A DNA stretch of 64,000 nt from Octopus vulgaris (lineage: Eukaryota): positions 150,784,001 to 150,848,000 of the forward strand of contig OX597817.1 of assembly GCA_951406725.2 (NCBI GenBank). Direction: 5' to 3'. The notes below the pieces were generated by a model that saw only the letters and a list, made by a program, of their open reading frames with translations, was not told where the DNA came from and did not search any database. Shown here in pieces: positions 50,760 to 61,470 of the stretch. Both the position numbers and the translations under genes were made by a program. Numbering within the stretch: position 1 is the first letter of the stretch; the number at the start of each line of letters is the position of its first letter.

Positions 50760-52309
50760 TTACACTCTGTCGACTATGAACACTGACATTACACATCCAA
50801 CGGAGCATACTAGCTTCATTTCTCGCGAGCTTACGCATGTCCTCAGCAGTCACGGCCCATGTTTCACTGCCATGTAAGCATGGCTGTTCGTACACATGCA
50901 TCATACAGTCTGCCTTTTACTCTGAGCGAGAGGCCTTTAGTCACCAACAGAGGTAAGAGCTCCCTAAACTTTGCCCAGGCTATTCTTACTCTAGCAGTTA
51001 CACTTTCAGCACACCCACCCCCACTACTGACTTGGTCACCAAGATAACGGAAGCTATCAACTACTTCTAGTTTTTCCCCCTGGAAAGTGACGGAAGTTGT
51101 TTTCTGCAGATTTTCAGAGGTTAATGCTCCCGAGCATCTGCCACATACAAAAACCATCTTCCTAGTTAGCCTTGAGAGAAAAGTACCTTGAGAGTAAGTA
51201 CCTTGAGAGAAAAGTTGGACCTAAGAGGAATCAGATGTTGTGTGCAAGAGAGACGATTGCGCTGGTATGGTCATGTGGTGAGAATGGATGAAGATAGGTG
51301 TGTGAAAAAGTGCCACACCCTGGCAGTTGAGGGGACCTGTGGAAGAGGTAGACCCAGGAAAACCTGGGTCGAGGTGGTGAAGCACGACCTTCGAACTCTA
51401 GGTCTCACCAAGGAAATGACCAGAGACCGAGACCTATGGAAGTATGCTGTGCGTGAGAAGACCTGGCAAGACCAGTGAGAACAATCAAAATCAAATCATA
51501 TATCAGAAAGCAGGGGTTAAGTGACCCATCTGTTCATGTCCGCTGTCAGCCTCGTCTGGCACCCGTGCCGGTGATACGTAAAAGCACCATTCGCTCATGG
51601 CCGTTTGCCAGCTCTGCCTGGCCCCGTGTCGGTGGCACGTAAAAGCACCATCCGTTCGTGTTCGTTGCCAGCCTCGCCTGGCCCCGTGCCGGTGACACGT
51701 AAAAGCACCGTCCGTTCGTGGCCGTTGGCCAGCTCTGTCTGGCAACCGTGTCGGTGGCACGTAAAAGCACCATCCGTCTGTGTCCGTTGCCAGCCTCGGC
51801 TGGCCCCCGTGCCGGTGACACGTAAAAGCACCGTCCGCTCATGGCCGTTTGCCAGCTCTGTCTGGCATCCGTGTCGGTGGCACGTAAAAGCACCATCCGT
51901 TCGCGTCCGTTGCCAGCCTCAGCTGGCCCCCGTGCCGGTGACACGTAAAAGCACCGTCCGTTCGTGGCCGGTTGCCAGCTCTGTCTGGCCCCGTGTCGGT
52001 GGCACGTAAAAGCACCATCCGTTCGTGTCCGTTGCCAGCATCGCCTGGCCCCGTGCCGGTGACACGTAAAAGCACCATCCGTTCGTGGCCGTTCGCCAGC
52101 TCTGTCTGGCACCTGTGCAGGTGGCACGTAAAAAACACCCACTACACTCGCGGAGTGGTTGGCGTTAGGAAGGGCATCCAGCCGTAGAAACACTGCCAGA
52201 TCTGACTGGGCCTGACGAAGCCTTCCAGCTTCACAGACCCCAGTTGACCCGTCCAACCCATGCTAGCATGGAAAGCGGACGCTAAACGATGATGATGATG
52301 ATGATGATG
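50760..52309 (+). mobile_element. Young 5'-truncated RTE LINE with 5' inversion, 10-module 3' UTR and (GAT)n tail
   Basis: 50760-51170 encodes on minus ...FRYLGDQV...RWMCNVSVHSRQSVS; 51193-51478 continues on plus VSTLREKLDL...GRGRPRKTW...; candidate TSD atacatac at 50752-50759 and 52310-52317. Confidence 0.92.
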
Positions 52310-52844
52310 ATACATACATAAAGAAATAATTGAGATTCAGTAGAATTAGGTACCTAAAGTGAAGCACCAAGGCACCAAGTCAGTCCAGTATTATCCACAC
52401 AGCTCAAAGTAAGATGAATAAAATAAAAAAAAGCAACAGGATTTCAAGTAATGATGCTGTCTGACCATTTCAAGCATCTCCACTTAATTGAACAATGCAA
52501 TCATTACATCAATTTATAGACAGCTACTTATATCCAACTGACTACTCCTAAAGTGTTATTTCCTCCCTGAGGGAAAGGAGTACATATGATAATATTTATG
52601 ACCATACCTAGCCATGAGCTGTCAACTCACTCTTGTCCTTTATTCAAGGAGTGGCAGGTAATGAATACTAAGAATCAAGGAGAGTATTGTTGTTCGCTTG
52701 AAGCATTGTGTCTTGTTTATAAAGAATATAAAGTTTTGTATGGTACAACAATGCACTATAATGCAGACAATGGGCTATATAGCTGTTGTAATTTAGTCAT
52801 CCATAGTCTGATATGACATTTCGGAATAAAAATTCCTTCTTCAG

Positions 52845-53024
52845 ATATTCTTAGATGGAGTCTCTGCTATAATGGGTTTTCCAATGGCTTTTCTTCTTTA
52901 TTATATTTTTTTGAAGCGTCTCAGCAGTGGTCTCACGAATGTCCTTCCAGGATTCCTCATGAGAAGTGCATGAGGTCGGCCATGTCTCAGTCTCGTGTGC
53001 GCTGGTACATCCGTAGCGCTGCTT
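52845..53024 (+). other. Candidate 180-nt exon of an unidentified transcript
   Basis: Acceptor ttccttcttcag|, donor gctt|gtaagt, one open frame in phase 1-1, unique sequence with CpGs; no recognisable homology. Confidence 0.25.
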
Positions 53025-53227
53025 GTAAGTTATGTATTTTAACTATTCTCAGGGCATTTTCAACTTCTATTATATGTGTGTGTATGTATGCATGTATGTG
53101 TGCATGCATGTATATATATATGTATGTATGTATATATATGTATGTATATATGTATATATGTATATATATATATGTATGTCTACATACATACATACATACA
53201 TACACATATATATATATATATATATAT

Positions 53228-53660
53228 ATAATACAAAATGGGACAAGAACACAAAACATCCAGGTAGATGATACAAAGAAAACAAGGACTGGTCATTCAA
53301 AGTTTTCTTTCCTCAGTCAAGTACCCGATATCTTCACAATTTTGGCTAATTAAACTCAAGATTGCTCCAATCTGGTCAGCTCCAAGGAAAAAACTAAGCT
53401 AAGAGCATTAGATTCCTTGGAAGAAAGCAGCGAATGTATACAAAAACAAGGACAGAAAAAACACGGACAATGTTACAGAAATGCAATAAAAGCAAACGGG
53501 TGTCTTTTGACTAAGGACAAATTAATTTAAGCTGGCATGCGTGGAAATGAAGCCTCATGGTAGGGATACAAGATTTCACAGGCACAGAGAGGAATATTGA
53601 TGTTGCACAGATAATGGCCAGACCAAGAAAGAAAGTTCAGGCTTGGCCAAACGCTGGATA
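53228..53660 (-). mobile_element. Probable Penelope-like terminal fragment abutting (TA)n
   Basis: Starts at a (TA)n tract like the other AT-rich inserts; a CTGAGGA...GAA motif on the minus strand near 53295-53320. Classification is inference. Confidence 0.4.
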
Positions 53661-53664
53661 TATA

Positions 53665-53886
53665 TTACTCGTTTACTTGTTTCAGTCATTTGACTGTGGC
53701 CATGCTGGAGTACCACCTTTAGTCAAGCAAATCGACCCCAGGACTTATTCTTTGTAAGCCTTGTACTTATTCTATCAGTCTCTTTTGCTGAACTGCTAAG
53801 TTACAGGGACGTAAACATACCAGCATAGGTTGTCAAGCGATGTTGTGGGGACAAACACAGACACACAAATGCATACATACACATAC

Positions 53887-53950
<64 letters not shown>

Positions 53951-54112
53951 TGGGCTTCTTTCAGTTTCCATCTGCCAAATCCACTCACAAGGCTTTAGTC
54001 GGCCCGAGGCTATAGTAGAAGACACTTGCCCAAGGTGCCATGCAGTGGGACTGAACCTGGAACCATGTGGTTTTTAAGCAAGCTTCTTACCACACAGCCA
54101 CTTCTATGCCTA
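53665..54112 (-). mobile_element. SINE family A
   Basis: Family match with internal (TA)n. Confidence 0.88.
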
Positions 54113-54365
54113 TATATACATATGTATATATTTTATCCTTTTGGGGTCAATAAAATAAGTATCAGTTGAGTACTGGGTTTCAATGTAATCGACTTACCCC
54201 TTCCCCTGAAATTGCTGGCCTTGTGCCAAAATCTGAAAGCAATATTAGCATCTGGAAGATGGGGCTCTGTAAGAAAGAGAGGAAGAGAATTGTAGATGGG
54301 AATGTCAGAGGGGTTTGGTTAAAGAGCATATGTATATAGGGAAGTTCAGAGCTGCAGAAGTCATT

Positions 54366-54401
<36 letters not shown>

Positions 54402-55349
54402 GTAGTAGTAGTAGTAGTAGTAGTAGCAGCAGCAGCAAGCAGCAGCCTAGCAGACAATGGATGCAGTGCAACCTGTAAACTAATGATTTAAGCTTGTTGT
54501 TGATTGATTGATCCGTGGATATTTTGTTAAAACTTTATGCTTTTGAGTTTCATCATACAAAGCAAGCTATTCATAAACCCATGTTATATTTTTATCTACT
54601 TAGATATTAAGATAATCTGCTAAGAGATTTAGTTAATACAGTGTTTGTGGATAAAACTAATTTAATTCAATAATTATTATTTAAAAAAAAAATTAAATTA
54701 GATTACTCATGTAATTAATTTAATTATTCACAAATGTAAGAATGGAAATTTATCTAAAGCTATGAAATCACCATCATTATCATTATATTAACTAGCACCG
54801 TGCTAATTAACTAAAGTACTCAGCCAGTGGACATGCTGATATGCAAATGAGTAGAATCAACAAATGCTATTCATAGCATTTTTGCTAAATGGCTGTGAGA
54901 TGCTTCATTTCTCTGTAATCTGGAAGAGTGTAGACATTCTCAATAAAATGGCACAAAAACTAGGCGAAGTTAATCCAGTTGAGCTGTTTTTCTGGTCTGT
55001 TCTGCAGAGGGAAGTTCTGTAAGTTAAGTGCAAACTGGTTATGTAGCTATAAATATCATCGCTGTTGTCATTATCATCACTGCTGCTCCCACCATCACTG
55101 CCATCACCATCACCTCCATCATCATTTTAACATGCAGTTTTCCATTGAAGAAGATTTCCTTCAGCAAGATGGTCTTTCTGTTACTAGTCCTCATCTGTTT
55201 CCAAATAAGCTAATATTTCCCCACAACCAAACATGGAAGACTGGAAACAAAGAATGCTGCTTGTATGATGGTGACGCTCATTTACACCTATTACACAATA
55301 GGAGACTGTAACAAACATTCATCCATGTATATGTGTGTATATATAAGTG

Positions 55350-55380
<31 letters not shown>

Positions 55381-56511
55381 GTTTGTCTGTCTGTCTACCT
55401 ATCTACCTACTTATCCACCTACCTACCTTTCTGTCTGTCTGTCTGTCCATCCGACCATCTGTCCTTCTGTCTGTCTGTCTATCTATCACCATTTGTGGGT
55501 GGCCGTTGTGAGTACCACCTGACTGGCCCTCATACCGGTGGCACGTAAAAGCACCCGCTACACTCTCGGAGTGGTTGGCATTAGGAAGGGCATCCAGCTG
55601 TAGAAACTCTGCCAGATCAGATTGGAGCCTGGTGCAGCCATCTGGTTCGCCAGTCCTCAGTCAAATTGTCCAACCTATGCTAGCATGGAAAGCAGACGTT
55701 AAATGATTAAGGAGTATTTCATCTACCGCTGTGTTCTGAGTTCAAATTCTGCTGAGATCAACTTCACTTTTCATCCTTTTGGGGTTGATAAATTAAGAAT
55801 CAGCTATGTACTGGGGTCGATGTAATCAACTTAGTGCCTTCCTCCAAATTTGACGCCTTGTGCTCCCAGTAGAAACGATTATTATTATTATTATTATTGT
55901 AAAGGCGGTGAGCTGGCAGAATCATTAGCATGCCAGGTGAAATGCTCAGCAGTATTTCATCTACTGCTGCGTTCTGAGTTCAACTTCCGCCGAGGTCACC
56001 TTTGCCTTTCATCTTTTCAGGGTCGATAAAATAAGTACCATATATGTACTGGGGTCAATGAAATCAACTAGACCCTTTCCCCCAAAATTTTCAAGGCCTT
56101 GTGTCTAAGTAATAATTATTATTGTAAGGCTGTGAGCTGACAGAATTGATAACATGTAGGGTGAAATGCTTATCAGTATTTTGTTTGTCTTTACATTCAT
56201 CCTTTTGGAGTCAGTAAAATAAGTACCTGTTGAGTACCTTCCCCAAAATTTCAGGTCTTGTGCCAGTGGACAAGAAATTGTTTGTTGTGTGTTAATGAGT
56301 GAGTTTTTCCAATCGGATGGTTTTCTTTTGAATGCAGTCAAGGCTGTATGTGTGTGTACATGTGTGTATGTGTGTGTGTGTGTGTGTTTGTGTGTGCAGT
56401 GCTGGATTAAACATTAAGCAAAATAAACACATTCTTAGGGTATCAAGGGAGTGGGGGGGGAGCACCTCAGAAATCGTAAATGGTCTACGGCACGAAAAGA
56501 GATCACTTTAA

Positions 56512-56732
56512 CCCTTTAGTGTTCGCATTATTCCGCCAAAATTAATCCTTTTTTATCCACATTACCTTGAACTAATCAGGCATTATCTTGGAGCTATGAG
56601 ATTTTGATGAGGTAGCTGTTAATTTTTAAAACGATATTGTAGGGTTGGTGCGAGAGACCAGATCTGGCCAGTTTGAACATAAAACAGGCAGAATACTTTT
56701 GGCCGGATACGGCCGGTTTAAATGCTAAAGGG
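56512..56732. mobile_element. piggyBac-type MITE
   Basis: TTAA|ccctttag ... ctaaaggg|TTAA; decayed copies at about 6250-6445, 31650-31828, 33765-33975 and 36630-36836. Confidence 0.88.
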
Positions 56733-56930
56733 TTAAACATGCTGAAATAATATTCTAAGTGTTCATGCTGTCATAGTGAGAATCTGATCAAAGACTTTGC
56801 AATGAAAGAAAAAAAAAAGTTGGTGGGGAGAAGAAAACTTTTAAAATATAAATAAAGTAAAAGTAAACAAAAATAAACATTATTTCTCATCTTACTTTTA
56901 GTTTTGTTTCATTTTGAAAAATATAAATAA

Positions 56931-57318
56931 CTAGCAGTATTGCCCGGCGTTGCTTGGGTTTGTTTCGACCCTTTAGAATTGGAATTTTTGAAAAGTAAAA
57001 ATTTTGCATTATGTAGCTTGTTATTCTCTTTAAGTGAACATTTTCTGGTTGAAATACACCTAAAAATGGTGACACAGCAGTAAAAAAATCGTAAAAAATA
57101 GGGATTTTCATAGAAAGAAAGCACCTTTGTGATGTAAATAATTTTTGGTGTTGACATGGTCCGATTTGAATATTTTCTTCTATGGAAGGAAGAGCAAGCC
57201 TTCTATCATACTCTCACTTTTGGTCAACTTGTGCCACAGGGTCTCGGAGGAGATAATGTTAGTTGAAGGCTACCAAACCTGCAATACACAAACAACTTCA
57301 GCTTTATATATAGAGAGA
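56931..57318 (-). mobile_element. Non-autonomous Helitron, second subfamily
   Basis: Minus strand a|TCtctctatatataaagctg ... acaaacccaagcaacgccgggcaatactgCTAG|t; termini shared with 39701-40203. Confidence 0.85.
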
Positions 57319-57649
57319 TTGAATTTTTTATTATTGTTTATCTATTGAATTATATATACATCTGGGAACAGCAAAACTTTTTAAGTGCTTAGGGCCTGTA
57401 TGAGTCTTAATCTGGCCTTGTGTGTGTAGCAGCAGCACAGACCCAAAGGCCGGGGGGGGGGGGGGCACACAGTAGTGTGAGTGTTATCAGGTTGTCAAGA
57501 GAAATGATCAGAAATTGTGAGGGTTTATTATTGTTCATAGTTAAGGAGTTGAAAGAGAAGAGATAGTAAATTACACCCTTGACATGAGTTGTAATTGTTT
57601 CTTTTTTTTTTTTGTATTGTTGAAAGAGATTAGCTTATCTTGGAGGCCA

Positions 57650-58000
57650 CTGTTTACAAAGGTCGTGCAGATATGATGTGAGCTGTTTAAGTTGCTTGTG
57701 GATGATACCTATGAGGAGAAGATCAGAGCAAAGATTGATAGCATACATAGGACTTAGTGTTGTTAGATGTGACAGTAAGTAGGTCATTAACATACAGGAA
57801 AAATATCACTAACATACTGGACATAGCTGAACTTTAAGATGGGCAAGCGTTAATATTGTTCTGATGGCGAATGTCCTGTCAGCATGTGCTGCAATGATGT
57901 ATAGACAGAAGACAGGAGAATGAAATTCATAGAGAAACAGTTTAGCGAAGAGATTCTCATGTCAGATACAGTAGAAGGCTTTAGTGAATTTTTATGAAGT
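57650..58000 (-). pseudogene. Old CR1/Jockey-group RT remnant
   Basis: FTKAFYCI*HENLFAKL...DRTFAIR and LYVNDLLTVTSN in shifted frames. Confidence 0.55.
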
Positions 58001-58339
58001 AAATAATTCACAAAGATGAGAATTTAAATATAACAAGAAACAGTGCAACAGGTCACATTTATAGAACAAAAAAGATAGTAATAATAATAACAATACACAA
58101 ACAGGTGCAGTCACATGACTGAAACAAGTAAAAGAAAACCATAATTAATGTAGTGTAATCTGCATGGAAGATAGATGCTGCTGCTGCTGCCACTGGTGCT
58201 GCTGCTGCTGATCAAGATAATTTCCTAAACTGTTACTATTTATGGAACACTTATCATGATGTAGGGTTTCTTGTCCTTCACAACCACTTGTAACACCCAG
58301 TTACACAACCTGCTCTTTCTTTCTCTCCTTCTCCCTTCC

Positions 58340-59030
58340 TGTTTATTATATACATACATGATGGCTGCCCCCTCGTTATCGAGTATGGCCATTGCACGAA
58401 GCTTAACTGTTATTGGTGCTGTGATTGAATGTGACTTTTATTTGCTTTTTTAAGGCTACAGCCAGCCATTCAGTTGAGATTCACAGCACCATCAACAATC
58501 ATGAACAATGTTGTTATTGTGCAATGTCTGTGCAAGAAGATTTTTTTAAAGTGAGGAAAGGCTGTGCACTGAATCAATCCCACTCACTAAGCAACAGCAG
58601 CCATAATCCGAAAAGAAGAACAAGTCAACATCATCGGTAACCACTGAACCGCAGGTTTTATGTCGGAGTTATCCCAGTTACCTGAGTTACCTTCTCCTAG
58701 AAGGATGCCCTAACAAAGGCTAGGAGTCCTTCACTCCCAATGGTTTAACCGTGTGATCGGGTATTCAGTCCGATTATTTCTATGTCCCCGCGCATGATAC
58801 AGCCTTAAGCCTTAAGAGAAAAAAAAATACACATTTATCGGATGGCCGTTGACTCTCAAGAGTTCCTCCGCCCTTTGACGGGTTTTGTCTTTCATCTCGC
58901 AGGGTGTCCTATAATCACCCTCTTCACCAAGCAAGTTTGGTGGGGTTGCCAGTTTAGTCGCCGATGGCCCAAACATGCAACAGGTTGTACTGGATTACAT
59001 GTTACCAGTAGCACTCGAAAGTGACCTGAC
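58340..59030 (-). mobile_element. Probable RTE-derived non-autonomous element
   Basis: GC/CpG-richer block between microsatellites with ccttctcctagaaggatgccctaacaaaggct, resembling RTE 5' UTR sequence; single copy here, so weakly supported. Confidence 0.35.
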
Positions 59031-59067
59031 ATAAATAGACATACATACATACATATATATATATATA

Positions 59068-59475
59068 AAAAATTAGAAAGAACCACCTTTTATCAATTCA
59101 AAATGAACAATTAAATTACACCATCTAGAAAATTACATATAATAGAAATATTAAAATTAAAATAACAATAAAATTATATACGTTTTTATTATTTTTTTGA
59201 AATTTACTTAATCATTGGTATTTTATTGTTATTTTAATTTTAATATTTCTATTATATGTAATTTTCTAGATGGTGTAATTTAATTGTTCATTGCGCCGAT
59301 GAAGCTGCACCGGCAATATTGCAACATTTCACTTGCAACAGTGAGTAGTCACGGCAACAGAAACACATGCAGGTATTATAATAAGCTGTATATATAACTA
59401 TAAAGTAAATTTTGTGGATGAACAAGTTTCCATGCTCTTTATTACTCGGGTAATAATGTGGTTGTTACTTTCTGT
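59068..59475 (+). mobile_element. Penelope-like fold-back fragment
   Basis: Inverted arms at about 59102-59174 and 59220-59292, next to (TA)n; followed by ccgatga...gaaacacat, a degenerate hammerhead-like core. Confidence 0.55.
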
Positions 59476-60132
59476 TGCTTCCTTTCAGCACGTAAAAAGC
59501 ACCATCCGAACGTGGCCGATAGGCAGCGCCGCCTTGACCGGCTTCTGTGCCGGTGGCACGTAAAAAGCACCAACCGATCATGGCCGCTTCGAGACCCCCT
59601 GGCACCTGTGCCGGCGGCACGAAAAAAGCACCCACTACGCTTACAGAGTGGTTGGCATTAGGAAGGGCATCAACCTGTAGAAACACTGCCAGATCAGACT
59701 GGAGCCTGGTGCAGCCTCCTGGCTTCCCAGACCCCGGTCACACTGTCCAACCTGTGCTAGCACGGAAAACGGATGTTAAACGACGACGATGATGATGATG
59801 ATGATGATTCTCCCTCTTTGTTTCTCTCTCCTTTCTCTCTCACTTTCCCCACTCTCTTACTCTTCCTTTCTCTCGGACACTCCCTCGCTTTCTCTTACTC
59901 TCTATCTTTATCTCTCTCTCTCCCATTTATAAGCAACAAAAGATCTTGAGTAAGTTGAGAAATAAAATATTTGGAAAGATCAATCATAAGTATCAGGCAG
60001 TGGCAACACAAAGGTCTACTTCAAGGCAGACAGCAAAACGCTAACATTTAAAAGGGACAGACGAACTTGTGAGCTGAATAAAAATAATAAAATATTGGAA
60101 ACCAAAGTTTGAAGGGATAGAATCTGAGGATA

Positions 60133-60700
60133 GTAGAGTCACCATGGCTGGCATTTCTTAACGACGGACAGCAACGTTTTGACAGTTTAACGGCTGGCGT
60201 TAAATTTTGAACTTGATGTAAAAGAAAATTCGTAAACACCAAGTTTTGAATTGATTCTTTCTCACGACAGTAGACTCACCATGGCAAGCATTCAAAACTT
60301 CTTCATCATGGACGGCAACACATTGATGATTAAAAGGCTGGCACAAATTTTTTAGCTTGATGTAACAGAGAATTCCTAAACACCCGCTCCTTTAAATATT
60401 AATCCCCTTCCAGCCCCATTTAGACCCCTTTTCACATTTTGGTTAATATAACCCGATTTCATTCGGGTGTACTGGGGCCACATTTTATAAGGCGTGACCT
60501 AGAGGTCACGCCTTTCATTTGAGGAAAAAAAATATTTGTCATGCAAACTTGCCAGCACTTTTAACATAGGTCTGCATATTTTCAGCTCAACCAACCACAT
60601 AATGCACACATTATATATATATGTATAGATGTGTGTGTGTTGGAGTTTCTGTCATACGTGAGCGTTGACGCTGAATTCGACTGGTAAGCAGGTAACCTTG
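60133..60700. promoter_or_regulatory. Candidate bidirectional promoter with duplicated minus-strand first exon
   Basis: Diverged tandem copies 60133-60240 and 60270-60384, each ending gccATG|gtga on minus; TATTTAAA on minus at 60391-60398; palindrome at 60489-60514; plus-strand donor ctg|gtaagc at 60683/60684. Confidence 0.45.
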
Positions 60701-61418
60701 TCTTTGTTGAAATAGTTGTGAGCTGCTGGAGTTATTTGTCTGACGGGTAATAGGAATTTCCATATCCCCCGAGGAAATGAACTGTTGACCCAGACAATTA
60801 GAATTAATTTTAATAAAAGCATCAATTTAAGAAAAAATAATAAAGTAGTAAAAAATGAAAATTTAGCACGAAAAATTTGCAGGGTTCTAAATAAATGTTA
60901 AAATGTAATAGATACGAAAAACCTACATTATCACCAGAACACGAACGCTCGTGGGTGTGTTCTGTTTGTATTTGCTCGATCGGCGCGTTGACAGGCAGAC
61001 AATAGAATGTAATGGCGAGATTCATAATATTTGTTGCCATGATTGTGTGTTGGTTGTGGCGATGGTAATTCTCTCTATGAATGCAGACAGATACATAAAA
61101 GAATGCTGAAGTGATGGGAAGGTAGGAAATAGAGTGAGTGAAAATGTGCTGGGAAGAGAGGAAATAGCGAGAGTGAGTTGAGGAAGACAGATACATTAAA
61201 GAACGGGACTGGACTTGTCAAAGTGGGTTTTTGGCCCTAGCAATGACACCTTTTAAGATAGGGATTTCTAAGGTAGCCCACGGGCATCGTCACCTGATTT
61301 TACATGTCCCTGTAAATTTTGGAGTGAATCAGACGGGATGTAGTGGCCTTGAAAGCGATCCAAGAGGTGGAAACGCATTTCAGTTTTATATATAGAGATA
61401 TATATAAATATATATATA

Positions 61419-61470
<52 letters not shown>

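Larger units (their letters stand above)
56397..57420. mobile_element. hAT-like MITE hosting two nested elements
   Basis: Imperfect TIRs cagtgctggattaa / ttaatctggccttg; flanks tgtgtgtg and tgtgtgta. Confidence 0.55.

Noticed and set aside
51540-52140. CRISPR-like look of the ~60-bp array (palindromic constant part plus variable part), also at 28330-28820
   Set aside because: The variable parts are homologous to each other and alternate between two types; there are no cas genes; the array is the 3' UTR of a eukaryotic RTE LINE.
52880-53050. Minus-strand frame with four in-frame TGA codons as a possible selenoprotein
   Set aside because: No start or splice context, no SECIS seen, and a TAG follows; CpG decay or chance is simpler.
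57850-57900. Plus-strand peptide YCSDGECPVSMCCND resembling a knottin toxin
   Set aside because: Bounded by stop codons with no start or splice context; the opposite strand is a LINE RT remnant.
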